From positions 1,364,001 to 1,428,000 of the forward strand of contig NW_027271055.1 of the NCBI RefSeq assembly GCF_040938485.1: a DNA stretch of 64,000 nucleotides, in the 5' to 3' direction. The translations under genes and the position numbers were made by a program. Each line of letters begins with the position of its first letter. Within the stretch, counting starts at the first letter, position 1. Positions 36,007-48,747 of the stretch are shown here, piece after piece. The stretch is from Diadema antillarum (Eukaryota). The notes beneath the pieces were generated by a model. It saw only the letters and a program-made list of their open reading frames with translations. It had not been told where the DNA came from and did no database searches.

Positions 36007-36802
36007 CTGTAAGAAAGGCAACAGAGAAAATTTATATGACACCTTTAGCGTCAGGGGATTACTTTCTTCACTGAATGTCCACAAGGAAAGACACAACAGA
36101 GATTGATAAAGAAAGTTCTTTACATTTCTGATGTTCATTTTGATATCAACTTTCAAAAGGCATGGTGGACTACATGACATTGTGACCTAATAAGGCATGC
36201 ATGCTGAATAAAAGTATGTGTCGTCATGTTTGAACAAGACATTCTCGAATGTCTTGTCTCGAGCCATTCACGAATCTCACAATCATACGTTATATTAAAC
36301 TTCCATCACCCAACATGCTAGAATAATTCATAACACAAGGACATGTCCAGTATAAGTCAGTATGTAATTTGAGAAAATCAATGTACAATAATGATGGATA
36401 AAATTAAATAATTATGTTTTGTGAAACCAATATAATGCGACCATGTATAATGATATGGCACATATAATGTCACCTTCGAATGCCTCTATGACAGTGATTA
36501 AAGCTTTGAAAAACAAAACAAAACAAAAACAAACAACACATTCCATTCCACGTATTTCACTGATCATGAAATACGTTTCAGTATTGACTTGCCATTAATT
36601 TGATGCCTTTCACTATTGTCTTGATAATATTCCCATTAGATGTGACTAAAAATCCATTCACATCAAGCTACATGAAACAAAGCAAATCAAAATATCATTA
36701 AATCTATTCCTAACTAATTCAAAACAATGCAGTCTCCTTTCATCCACTTTAATTCAACTGAAATGATACTATACCCTACGAAGACATTATAGAAAAGCTG
36801 AC

Positions 36803-36944
36803 CCCTAAATAGGCTGATTAGCTCGAGGTCTGCACTGGTCCGATCGGACCCCTTTTCCTCCTCTTTCTTGATGAAATTCTGAAGGTAGAGTAGGGCATCT
36901 TTCGTCCGCGCTGTTTCATGAATAGAAAGAGCAGTGCTGTACTC
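36803..36944 (-). CDS. RLR paralog A exon: Hel2i, second part
   Basis: EYSTALSIHETARTKDALLYLQNF...LISLFR resembles RIG-I KYNDALII...DALDYL; phase 0 to 1. Confidence 0.9.
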
Positions 36945-37352
36945 CTGCCAGTGAAAATATACCAATTGCAAATTCATATCAATGTACATACGAAAACGGC
37001 AGATTCTGGCCAAAGATTTATCATTCAAAAGTTGGTTCTTCATTGGTGAAATGACCGACTGGTAGGTGGTGTCATGGGTGTGAGGCATACTTTGCATGAT
37101 AGTCCTAAATGGATTTTTTTTTTTTCATGGGGTGACTTCAATTTGATCAGCATTAGATGAAATTCTCCACAAATTTGGGTACGAGGCAAACACGCTGTTT
37201 TGTTTAAAAATTCTCAGATATAATGAATTTTAAAAATAAATGGTAGGCCCATTATGGGGTTGTTTAGTCACCGATGTTAAAATATTACTTGATATGTGGA
37301 AGCATAAAGAAGTACTTTAGATTTCAGAACGATCAATGGGACATAGGCCTAC

Positions 37353-37522
37353 CTTGAGATACTCTGTGTAAGTTTTTAGTTTGCGGTGGCGCAGTCTGCA
37401 GTCTTGTTGCTCTGAGATCCGTACGTTCAGCCTGCACAGCTTGTGGTTAAATTTCTCACAGGAGTGGGAGGTACTCAGCAGTTCGGAGAGTGCGCTCCGT
37501 GTGCTGCTGAAGAGTTCACACC
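37353..37522 (-). CDS. RLR paralog A exon: Hel2i, first part
   Basis: (G)CELFSSTRSALSELL...KLKTYTEYLK; phase 1 to 0, in frame with both neighbours. Confidence 0.85.
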
Positions 37523-37551
37523 CTGAAGTCAGAATTGTACAAACAAGACAG

Positions 37552-37719
37552 GGGCCCTGTTTCATAAAGCTGTTCGTAAAGTTACGAACAACTTACGAGC
37601 GACTGGTGATCAGTTCTGATGTGCTATACCTATCAGAATTTCCATAATTCAGCACAAGAACTGATCACCAGTCGCTCGTAAGCTGTTCGTAAGTTTACGA
37701 ACAGCTTTATGAAACACCC
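37552..37719. mobile_element. Palindromic Harbinger-type MITE with CAG target duplication
   Basis: Near-perfect inverted arms of about 65 bp (gtttcataaagctgttcgtaaa...gcgactggtgatcagttct); CAG flanks at 37549-37551 and 37720-37722. CWG TSDs are known for some Harbingers. Confidence 0.8.
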
Positions 37720-38233
37720 CAGGGGTCCAGTGCTCACAATGAGCACAGCAAGTTCGCCTTCCACGCGTTCTTGAAGACTATTTTACCTAAGAATAAAGCA
37801 AACTTGGGGGAGCAAATTAGGGCCCAATTTTACATTTTCATCTTGTTCTTGAAAAGGCATGGTCACATTTTCACCAAACCAGGCAGGTATTATCACTAGA
37901 GTGTGATAGAACATTATACTTGTGTAAGTGGGCACGTTTCCCCACTTGGAGCGTAATACATTCTATGTGGATTTTCTTCTATTTTCTGGTAGTAATTACT
38001 GATTTCTTTCTATATTTTCGCAAGACTTCGAATGATTGCTTCATGCACATGAGTTAACACCCATATAGATCCTTGTCATTTGATGGGTTATTTGCTATTG
38101 ATCATTCGTCTCATCTCCATGGTCTCATTTTATCGTTGGGTCATCATTCATGCAGCGAGGCTCCATTTACCGTGCAATCTTTGATCCATACGATTTGATC
38201 CACTGCACGCACGCCGAGAGCCCGGCACACTAC

Positions 38234-38402
38234 CAGGGGCGGATCCAGGAATTTTGTAAAGAGGGTGCACCTATACAAAATGAGGGGGGGGGGGGGGTGC
38301 ACGCACCCCTCCCCGTTGTTTCTTTTTATTTCTTTTATTTTAACAAAAAGAAAAGATAAGGGGGGGGGGCGCCCAGTGCGCTGCACCCTGGATCCGCCAC
38401 TG
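38234..38402. mobile_element. CAGGGGCGGATCCAG-family MITE with a 6-bp TSD
   Basis: TIRs plus direct repeat CACTAC (38228-38233, 38403-38408). Confidence 0.82.
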
Positions 38403-38719
38403 CACTACGCTTGTAAAACGCTGGTGTTTGCAGTGTGTATGCGACAGTGAGCTAGTGTAAAGCGCTCAGTGAGCATTCTCTCAATCTCAGATCTTACACA
38501 ATCTCTATTCTTTCTAAATTCAGAAAACATCAAATGACAAGGATCTATTTTAGGTGACATAAAACAAATGATACATTTTTTTTTCATTCGTGCAATGGAT
38601 GGAATATTTAATTCGGTGAAAGGTGGATCATTTAATCTTTCACCTCATGAAATATTCTAACTGTCCATTGCACTCTTAAACATTCATTATTTGTATACCA
38701 GAGAATGTGTTTAACTAAC

Positions 38720-38827
38720 CCGGAATCTTGTTAATCAAAATAATGATTTTAATCATGATATCTTGGATCTCTTCCCCGAAGGCATCTTTTTCTCGTCCTC
38801 TGACAGTGTGACAATCTGGATGGAATA
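38720..38827 (-). CDS. RLR paralog A exon: Hel1-Hel2i junction
   Basis: (V)FHPDCHTVRGREKDAFGEEIQDIMIKIIILINKIP; 108 nt, phase 1 to 1; resembles RIG-I SRISDKFKYIIAQLM. Confidence 0.8.
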
Positions 38828-39383
38828 CTGAAGAAAGAACAAAAAGAATCACTTACATGCATGATATAGACTTCAAAGCAAGGCTTCTTCGTTAAGATAC
38901 CTACATAATCAAGTGTGCTGTTTTGTGTCAGTAATATATTAAGTCCATAAGGAACCACTTCTTCTTCTTCTTCTTCTTGATTTTTTTTTTTTAGAAATGG
39001 GAAATAAGTGAAGATTCGTGAGCAAACAAGTCAGAGATTTATAAGAGACCATGATATCACCTCTTCTTCTAATTTGCTTGGTAGACAATTATGGGAATAC
39101 AAGTATAATTTTTGAATTCCGTAACGCTTTTTTGTTTGTTTGTTTGTTTGCTTGCTTGCTATATTTCATTCATTACAGTCAACTCAAACATGGAGCAAAT
39201 TTATGAATTGTATTTACTGCATCTCCCCCCTCACAGACACCATAGAGCCTACAACATGCAGCCTCTTACTTCAGGCAAACATGCATTCATCAAGCAGTGA
39301 GAGTTGAGTGAGTGTAGGATAACACCACAAACTGAATGCTGAGGCTAAATTACACGAGTTTCTGCTTTATGTCACTTGCTCAC

Positions 39384-39546
39384 CATCTTTCGGTTTGTTC
39401 TCAACATCAGCCAGGCTCTTCCTGTGTCTCTTCACTGTGGACACTCTGACTGCATCCAAGTTGGCGCAAATGTTGATCATGTACCTCAATGCCTCATTCT
39501 TCTTGAGTGCATGTCCCAATCCAAACGAAGCTGTCATTCCCAAGAT
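39384..39546 (-). CDS. RLR paralog A exon: motif III
   Basis: ILGMTASFG...MINICANLDAVRVSTV...NKPKD; donor GTGAGC; phase 0 to 1. Confidence 0.92.
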
Positions 39547-40163
39547 CTTTACAAAGGAGTCATCATCGTCGGTTGAGAATGATAAGGGCGTTAAGTGACC
39601 ACAAAACCCATAGTGTTCGAGAAGACTTAAAGCCCTTCTCATTCTCAGCAGACGTCATCATCATCATGAATCAATTGGGTCATTTTACCACTAGACACCA
39701 AATTCAATTCTATTCAGTTTAGTTAATTTTCATATTTCTCATAATGGGATGTATACATTGTAAATAATGTAAGCACAAATCATCATACTTTGTTAATTGC
39801 CCCCCCCCCCAAAAAAAAAAAGAAGAAAGAAGTATATAAACATACACATGGTGTAGTCGTATATATGGTTAAGGTTGTACATAATGATTACATCAGAGAA
39901 AGGGGACGGGGTGTTGCGGCACAAATTGTCGCCCCTGCACAAATTGTCGCCTGGCGACAATTTGTGCTGCTTGTGCAGTTCCCATAAGATTTTGACCTCG
40001 ATGGCGACATTTTGTGCTGGCAAAATGAAACGTAGCTGCACAAATTGTCGTCGGCCATGCACTATGAATTGCGTGTTTGGGGTGGTTGCTCCGGTGTTAT
40101 GTTATATTCTAGGTGTGTATTATGTGACTTGTGTATGCGTTTGCGCATAGCTGTGTGTGTGTG

Positions 40164-42125
40164 CATGGGCGTCACCAGGGGGGGGGGGGGGGGTGCGTTG
40201 GGTGCGAACGCACCCCCCTTCAGACCCTAAAAAAAATAAAAAATAAAAAAATAAAAACCTTCAGTCTGCGAGCGACCTCAACGCCGGACACTAAATGATT
40301 ATTATTTTTTATCTATCTTTTTTTTTGAAATTTTGCATCGGGAACAAAAACAAAAAAAAAGAAAAAATCGTGGGCAAAAGTAATTCGAACCCCTGGTTCT
40401 GGCAGCACTGATTTTATACATAATTATCTACTAGTACAAGTGTATTCTATACAGTGTTGACTGATTTGATTATACATAGATTTTGGACATCCTTCTCATA
40501 CTTGGTCACTTCGATGCCACCTCGCTGGTCATACCTCCCCCAGTCATGAACATAAACCGACACCCTTGACTACCAGTGGCGGATCCAGGGGGAGGGGCGC
40601 ACCGGGCGTCCCCCGCCCCCTCTTAATTTCCAAAGCGAAAAAGTATATCTACAAACGGCAGTTTTTGGACTGTAAAGTGTCAAAATTTTCACGCTCGCTC
40701 GCTGGCATTTAGTCGTAATGCCATTCTCCTGAAGTTGCTGCCAGTAATTGCCGGCAGTTCCACCCGGTGCGTCCCCCCCCCCCCTTACTGCAAAAAATAT
40801 AGCTACAAACGGCAGTTTTGGGACTGTAGAATGTCACAATTTTCAAGCTCGCTCGCTCCGCTCGCTCGCATTTAAATTCTCCTAATATTGCTGCCAGTAT
40901 TTGCCAGCAGTTGCACCCGGTGCGCCCCCTCAATTTCGAAAGCAAAAAAAGATATAGCATCAAACGGCAGTTTTGGGACTGTAAAATGTCAAAATTTTCA
41001 AGCTCGCTCGCATTTAATCTTAATGCAATTCCCCTGATGTTACTGCCAGTAATTGTCTGCAGTTGCGCCCGGTGCGCCCCCCCCCCCCTTAATTTCCAAA
41101 GCGAAAAAATATAGCTACAAACGGCAGTTTTTCTACTGTAAAATGTCAAAATTTTCAAGCTCGCTCTCTTCGCTCGCTCGCATTGAATCGTTATGCAATT
41201 CACCTGATGTTGCTGCCAGTAATTGCCAGCAGTTGCGCCCGGTGGCATGCGCTCCACCCCCACCCCCTTTAATTTCCAAGGCGAAAAAATATGGCTAAGA
41301 ACGGCAGTTTTTGGACTGTAAAATGTAAAATTTTCAAGCTCGCTCGCATCGTTTTGCAATTTACCTGATGTTGCTGCCAGTAATTGCCAGCAGTTCCGCC
41401 CGGTGTGCCCCCCTCCCTTAATTTCCAAAGCGAAAAAATATGGCTAAGAACGGCAGTTTTTGGACTGTAAAATGTAAAATTTTCAAGCTCGCTCTCTTCG
41501 CTCGCTCGCATCTAATCGTTATGCAATTCACCTGATGTTGCTGCCAGTATTGCCAGCAGTTCCGCCCGGTGCGCCCCCTCCCTTGATTTCCAAAGGCAGT
41601 TTTTGGACTGTAAAATGTAAAATTTTCAAGCTCGCTCGCATTTAATCGTTATGCAAATCACCTGATGTTGCTGCCAGTAATTGCCAGCAGTTCCGCCCGG
41701 TGTGCCCCCTCCCTTTATTTCCAAAGCGAAAAAATATAGCAACAAACGGCAGGTTTTTTTTTTTACTGTAAAATGTCAAAATATTCAAGCTCGCTCGCTC
41801 CGCTCGCTCGCATTTAATTGTTACGCCTTTCTCCTGATGTTGCTGCCAGTAATTGCCGGCAGTTGCGCCCGGTGCGCCCTCCCCCCTTTATTTCCAAAGC
41901 GAAAAAAAAATATAGCTCCAAATGGTAGTTTTTTTTACTGTAAAAGATGAAATCCTAGCTACGCCGGTGCCCTTTCCCCGCTTGGTTTCCCGCCACAACA
42001 GTAAAAGTCTAGGGATTGAGAGCTTCCTACATTCCAAATGTCTGTCAAAAAAAAAAAAAAAAAAAAAATCTCGTTTCATTAGGGTCAAAACGCACCCCCC
42101 TTGAAAAAAAGCTGGTGACGCCCCT

Positions 42126-42126
<1 letters not shown>
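40164..42126. mobile_element. About 2-kb composite non-autonomous DNA element in an RLR intron
   Basis: TIRs CATGGGCGTCACCAG and CTGGTGACGCCCCTG, inserted in a (GT)n tract. An inner element starts cagtggcggatccagg at 40574 and an end aatcctagctacgccggtg lies at about 41969. Confidence 0.7.
40590..41945. repeat. Tandem array of about 9 units of 145-180 bp
   Basis: Recurrent a(a/g)acggcagttt / ctgtaaaatgtcaaaattttcaagctcgctc / gatgttgctgccagtaattgcc / gcgcccggtgcgcccc, anchored near 40653, 40807, 40962, 41119, 41299, 41448, 41591 (short), 41743 and 41921. Confidence 0.92.
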
Positions 42127-42171
<45 letters not shown>

Positions 42172-43158
42172 GAGTATAATAATATAATATGTGGAAACTG
42201 TGTGCATGTGTGGTGGTTGTGTAGTGGTAGTGGCTTGTTTGTCTGTGTGTATACGTGTGCTTAAAGCTGGCTGTCGCGACCAGGGTTGCCAAATGGACAC
42301 TAGTATTCATGGCTAAACTCTGTACACTTCATAGCCAAATTATTACGTGGTTTTTTTTTTCTCACGGCCAAATTTTTATCCATCTACAATTCAATTCAAT
42401 TCAATTCAAAATTATTTTATTTCCATATAAAGTAATACAAAGTAATATACAATAGAAGTAGGTTCACTACTATGCCGAATACGATAAGTTGACGAATATA
42501 CTATGTATCCTTGAAAATTGATGCTTATGTCTCAATTCAATATTGCATAAAACGCTATACTACGTGAATTTAGTTACAGTACATGTAACTGAAACCCTTT
42601 ATCATACGCGTCCATTACACATACCTGTATTTTTCAAGGTTTAGATTTTGATGTTTATTAAATTATCTGTTCATTTTTAACGTTTTTCTTTCTTTTTTAT
42701 ACTTCGTTAGTCAGAGTGTACGTGGTATTTGAAACACTTTCTCATACCTACCAATTTGATAACAATTTATCATGGTTTATTGTGTTAGCTTGATGTTCTA
42801 TGAGGGCTACATAATGTAATTTCTTTTTTTCTTCATTTTTCAGACCACCAAATTTCTTTGTCTGGCCACCAAAATATGAAATGTGATGATCTAAACGGGC
42901 CACTATAGAAAAAAAAAGTCGACTACCGAGCCTTGCATAAAATATAGTTAGAATAAAATGTGCGCACACACACCGACGCACACAAACACAATATGTATAG
43001 ACATGTGCACCTGTAGTCTTCCTACAAGGATATGTGAACTATTCCTGTGCTGACATAGGATGTCCCTAACATAAGACGTAAGGTAGCATTACCATGGCAA
43101 CCAATGAATATCTTACACAGAAAGTTACATCTCACACCTCCAAATATTCGAAACTCAC

Positions 43159-43254
43159 TTGAGGAAGGGACTTGTTAAAGTTTTCTCCATTTTCTTGCAA
43201 GGTCGACTTCAACTCAAAGTACTTCTTCATCACCTTGTTGTATTGGCTATCCTT
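43159..43254 (-). CDS. RLR paralog A exon: motif IIa
   Basis: KDSQYNKVMKKYFELK...SLPQ; acceptor ttgttttgcag, donor GTGAGT; 96 nt, phase 0 to 0. Confidence 0.9.
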
Positions 43255-44075
43255 CTGCAAAACAAACAAGACCACAACGCCTTACATAATGAGGAGCTCG
43301 CGAAGATTTTAGTAATACAAATCTCGTTCGGTTACATGCCCAGAGTGTACGTGCAGGCACAACACATATTGAGCGATTTTCAGCGCGCTGCGGTCTGGCT
43401 GAAAAAGACGTACAGTAGGTAAAGAGGTTGGGAAGTGATGCTAAAAACTCAAATCTATTGTGGCACTGTAGCTTTATATATATATATATATATATATATA
43501 CATAGTATAATTGGGAGGAGGGGTGTAACACATAAAAACATTGTACGCTAAAATTGCAGAGCTTTGTGGATGTATGGTTGTATAATGACTTAGAAATTGA
43601 AATAAGACATCACCTTTAAGTTGACTGCAACAGATATAAAAACAAACAAAGAAAAAGAAGTATCATTTAAATCAAAAAATCTAAAACAAATCAAAAAGTA
43701 ATCAAAGTCCTAAATCTACTTGTTTTCACACACACACACACACACACATATTACATGTACAAAATATCAACTGCAATCACTATGCAAATTATAGGAAGTG
43801 ACGATGTGTCATTCCCTTCCAAGTTCCAGCTTTCCAATTGGCCCGATCAACAATCTCTACTGAATCTCTTGGTTTGAAAATAATTCAATATAAATAGAGG
43901 ATTCTGGTCCCATTCTGGTGGGATTAAAAGCCCTCAGTTCATGACAATTTGATAACCAGCAAAGAAGACAGGCCAACGAATGTGTGCTGATCAACACAAA
44001 AACTCATTTAGGAATGATGTCAACATGAACACTAGACAATGCTGCTTCCCCAGCTGCCCATCATAAACACCCTAC

Positions 44076-44309
44076 CTTGGTTTCATGACACTCGTCAAAG
44101 ATGATGAGGTCAATGTCCTTTAAGAAGACTTGACCTTTGACGAGCGCGTCCACCAAAATTTGGGCTGTCAGCACCACCACACTGTTTTCCTCCAAGAGAA
44201 CCTCCAGGGGAAGCCGAGTGGAGGCGGAGAGTCCGTGATCACCACAGACGTAGGCAACCTTGTCTATATACTTCTTGAAGAGAGTACTTTTCTGATGCAC
44301 AAGAGGTAC
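44076..44309 (-). CDS. RLR paralog A exon: motifs Ia-II (DECH box)
   Basis: VPLVHQK...VVVLTAQILVDAL...DLIIFDECHETK; 234 nt, phase 0 to 0. Confidence 0.95.
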
Positions 44310-44349
44310 CTTCAGAATCAATTAATAAAGTTTCTCACTAATGATTAAG

Positions 44350-44905
44350 GCACAAAATTAAATCACTTCATCTGGACTTACTGTTTAATTTCGAGAACGT
44401 TTTCACGTCCGATTTGGGATGCTTCGTCAGCTCGTCTGACTCGTCTGCCTCGTATGAGGCCTCCATCCATTTCAAGCTTAATCGCTTATGATGGTGGTCT
44501 CCTGCATTCAATTATCTCTGTTGTTTACTGAAAAATACTGTATATTTTATTCTATGTTTCTGTGTATCTACATTGCTCAATGCAATCACCTATGTGAATC
44601 TATTTATGTACTGTTATCGATTTATTTCACTGCACTTGTTATTCTTTGTCTTTGTACTTTTTGAAGTTTGCATTCAAATTGCATCTGATTGAATGCAGAA
44701 ATAAAAGCAAACAAACAAACAAACTCCCGATGGCGGGAAAGCGCCGTTGCCGATCGGCGTAGACACTCGGTCGATGTCGTTGAGGAATTCTCCGGATGAC
44801 AGAGTTGTTCACCCAGGAGAGGTTGTGTCGCAGTCCCCTACCCTTATCAAGATGGGGTTCTCGGAGTTGACTGACGTTAGACGGCTTCCCGGACCCCCTC
44901 TCAAA
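44350..44905 (-). mobile_element. Penelope-like element 3' fragment (GIY-YIG C-terminus plus pLTR), interrupted by a LINE-type 3' tail
   Basis: Minus strand reads ERGVREA... and matches 45750-46010 in inverted orientation. The insert at about 44455-44725 ends AATAAA plus (CAAA)n. Confidence 0.65.
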
Positions 44906-45429
44906 TCGGCACCCAGGCCCCTTTTCTAGCTTACATTTTTGTCAAGGGAAGTTGTGTTTGAAGGTCTCCAGGTGGGAGAAGACGGCCGAATCAATGCCCA
45001 GTGTACCTAGTATTCGATGTGAACCGCTTATAAAGAGGCTGCTTGGTTTCACAAAGGTATTTCTGTTGCAATCCTCCTCTTGACATTAAATGGCGTAGAC
45101 GACTTTCTTTTCTTTCTTTTTTCTTCTTCTTTGGCACCTTATTCTTCAGGGTGCAAGTTTCTGCTATGGTGGTTTTTTTTTTTTTTTTTTCAGCCGGTTT
45201 GAAGTAAAAGAGAACGCGCTACCTGAAGGCATCCGTTTGATTTTCTCCGAAAGCCCGCTGACATAAGGCACCGATCGAGACACCTATGCCCCGGCGTTGC
45301 TCTGCTGGACATGTTTCATTGTCACGATGCTGACGTTTTCGTGGGTGAATAGCTGATGAATGTGAATAGATGTGCTTATATAACCTTCAAGATTTTTATA
45401 CACGTATGATCATTCACCTAGACATAAAC

Positions 45430-45720
45430 ATGCATTCCTATATAATTATCATTAATTTGATGCGTATTTACACGCGCGTACATGTTATAGTATGCACATC
45501 ACATGTTACACAATGTTGACTCATACAGATTAATATTTCTTTTAATGTTATTTTTGACAATGATATTGATATTGTATTGCTGTATATCTCTTGTATGTCT
45601 AACATGTATGTTATAGGTGTGTTTTGTATATGTATGTACTGATGTATGTATGCATGTAAACAAAACAAATTTCCAGAAACGGACAGTAAAATCGAATTGA
45701 ATTGAACTGATTTGAATTAT
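45430..45720 (+). mobile_element. Probable CR1/L2-type 3' UTR remnant
   Basis: AT-rich segment ending in gaattgaattgaactga repeats typical of CR1/L2 tails. Confidence 0.45.
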
Positions 45721-45749
45721 CCTATAGATAAAGAGCCTCTGTTGGTTAA

Positions 45750-46010
45750 AGAGGGGTCCGGGAAGCCTTCTACGTCAACTCGGAGAACCCCATCCTTGAT
45801 AAGGGTAGGGGTCTGCGACACAACCTCTCCCGGGTGTACAGCTCTGCCATCCGGAGAATTCCTCCACGACTGACTCCGGACAATAACACCGACAGTTCGT
45901 CTGAGCTGATCGACAACGACTTTTACCGTCCAGGATCGGACGTCCCGTTCGCGGAACTAAAACAGTATAAAGTCCAGACACCGGATGAAGTGATTTCATT
46001 TACCTGGATG
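45750..46010 (+). mobile_element. Penelope-like element 3' fragment
   Basis: RGVREAFYVNSENPILDKGRGLRHNLSRVYSSAIRRIPPRL resembles the end of Penelope/Poseidon GIY-YIG ORFs (ERGVKEAI...PSLNRGGGLRHNLS..Y). Confidence 0.7.
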
Positions 46011-47016
46011 AATCAAAACTAAATTACTCACTTATGCACTGGAAAATGAGACAACTGATTAAGATATATGGGTAAATTTCACGAAATATAATATTATGAT
46101 GATTTTTTGTCAATCGGAGTAATTGATTTTCACTTTTCATGAAACAGCAAAAGGGCATGCAAATATTGAGATGACTCACATGTTTTCATTAAAAATAAAT
46201 CAACTAAACACACAAATTCCCCATACCTAGATATTCGTTAATTCGAAAATGAAATAAACTCGCTGTATCTCGGGGTAGGTTCATGCGAAGTCGCTGTAAG
46301 TCGCTGTACTAGTTCTAAACTCGCGCGTATCTCATGGACAACTCAGCCTGACTCGCAACACCTTCTAGTGCTCGTACTCTTGTGACTCTTGGAAGGTGGT
46401 GAATTATTACGAGTTACATAGAGTTCATCTCGAGCTAGTGACGAGTGATGCGAGTGTATTACGAGTACCACGAGGTGTAACAAGTTGCTATTTTTTAACG
46501 TGCTAAAGAATTGACACAGTTGTACCGAGTTACGCCGAGCCGTGTCGAGTTGTCGCGAGTTACATGAAGAGTTTTACCCGAGTTATCACGAGTGCCTCCT
46601 TTATTAGGCAACTCGTCCCAACTCGCCATGACTCGCCACTACAATTCTGCTAGGCAGAAAGAAATTTTCACGCGAGTTCACTCGAGTGAAATCTCGCTCT
46701 AGCTCGCCTTCACTCAAGACTATAACTCGGCTAAGTGGGAGCTAAATGAGCACTTTGATTCTGTGAGAGTTTTTTTCAAGAATTTACAACACTATGATCA
46801 CTATCAATATCTCTCATATCAGAAAGTGAACATATATACAATGACATGATAAATCATCAGAGTTACTTGCACACATGAAACTGTTATATTTTGCTTAATC
46901 TTCACCTCACACTGGTCCACTGAACGTAGGTTATACCTAATACTAGCAATACCAATATCCAATAGTGAAAAAAAAAACCAACAACAACAAAGTGAGTCTG
47001 TTGCTAAGCAACCAAC

Positions 47017-47210
47017 CTGATTCACCACAAAGACGATCTTCCCTTCTCCTTTGGTCTTCCTGAGGACCTCTAGAGCCACGGCCACAGAAACGTACGTCTT
47101 GCCTGACCCAGTGGGGGCAACAATGACAGCGTTCTGGCCACTGATGGCGGGCTCCGCTAACTCCCTTTGGTAGTCTCCCAACGTCAGAGTCTCCTTCTGT
47201 ACTGCTCCGG
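47017..47210 (-). CDS. RLR paralog A exon: Q motif plus Walker A; 5' part lost in the gap
   Basis: GAVQKETLTLGDYQRELAEPAISGQNAVIVAPTGSGKTYVSV...GKIVFVVNQ; the donor joins in frame to VPLVHQ. Confidence 0.95.
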
Positions 47211-47415
47211 NNNNNNNNNNNNNNNNNNNNNNNNNNNNNNNNNNNNNNNNNNNNNNNNNNNNNNNNNNNNNNNNNNNNNNNNNNNNNNNNNNNNNNNNNN
47301 NNNNNNNNNNNNNNNNNNNNNNNNNNNNNNNNNNNNNNNNNNNNNNNNNNNNNNNNNNNNNNNNNNNNNNNNNNNNNNNNNNNNNNNNNNNNNNNNNNNN
47401 NNNNNNNNNNNNNNN
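47211..47415. other. Assembly gap (205 N) covering the acceptor of the Walker A exon
   Basis: Run of N. Confidence 1.
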
Positions 47416-48747
47416 TAACTATGGATCCAGCCTTAGGGAAACATTGTATGCTCATAATTGTTTTATTAATGAGACATACGACCATAATTTGTGTCTCCTT
47501 AACGTTTTAAACTACATTACATTGTATATCCCATTCAATCGCATACTTTACTGCTGACATTGCTTATCTACAAAATTTCTCCTAAAGCTGGATGGATTCA
47601 GAATTATATGTATAGGGCCTATATTATATATTTTCCGGCGGAGACCAACTCTTTAACTCAACAGCATCCCCCCCCCCCCCAAAAAAAAGGAGGAACAGTA
47701 CGACGAACAAAAATAAGCCAGTTCGGTGTTCCAATTTGAGCATGAGCAGAAAAAGGTCATTTGTACTAGGAGACAGGTTTGTTTTTAAATTCACCGAGAT
47801 GAGCATCTGTGATGTAATGATTATTCATGTAATCCTTCGTAACGGTGCCTGCCAGTACATCCACCTGACAGCAAGCCTGGTATTTGGCAACGTTGGTAGA
47901 AAAAAAAATGTTCATGCATTCATAACAGCACACTGAAATAGATGCTTCCCATATCGTTGATATGTAGACGAACCATTCTCTTCACTTGATCTCCGCAGGT
48001 TCATTCTTTGTTTGAATACGAGTTCCATAAATTGCTATGTTAGGCAAGCTGATTCATTATGTCCCTTTGAATCGAGTGAAGTGCCTAACCAGCTGAGAAA
48101 AATGAAAGGTCATTTGTACCCACTTGTGCACATGAGCTATCTCCGGACTGGCTTATTACAAAACTACACAGTTTTCTCTTTTCTCATATATCTCTCATAC
48201 TATATAGATTTTGATACATATAATAATGATGATGATAATGATACAAAATTTTATTATTATTTGTTACTAATAGTTATTATTAGCATTACTACTACTAGTA
48301 CTATCATTACTGCAATAAATGCAAAAAAAAAAAGAAGAAGAGAGAAACAGATGAGATTACTTCCTCCAGCAATATGTACATGATAATAAAGATTACACAA
48401 ACTCAGATTAAGGAATCAAGTCAGTCAAAACGTACTGGTAATAGACTTCTTACATAAACGTGTTTTTCTTCTATTTGCATAGCACAGCAAACAAACGTCC
48501 TCTGTAAGGGAAATGCACAAGCTGGTTTCACTTCAAGCAGATGCTGAGACATAATATCCTTGACATTTAACATAAAAAGCTCATCCCATTTATAATCACA
48601 TCACTCTGCAACCAAATAAAATCATGTTGTCATTTTAGTTTCACTGAAGTTAAGCCATAATTATGAGCAGACATCATAAAACATATTTTCTTTTTAATCA
48701 GGAACTTAAATTTCCACAGGATGACATGTCTTTTTGTATGTACTCAC

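Noticed and set aside
40709-41511. 239-aa and overlapping ORFs with repeated WQLLAAT/LENFTFYS motifs
   Set aside because: They are translations of the tandem array; frames differ between units and there is no splice context.
43247-43531. 94-aa minus-strand ORF as an RLR exon
   Set aside because: Wrong frame; the true exon is 43159-43254 after the ttttgcag acceptor.
47750-48093. Possible additional RLR 5' exons
   Set aside because: A good acceptor lies at about 48093, but all three frames hit stops within 20 codons, and the alternative exon has an incompatible phase.
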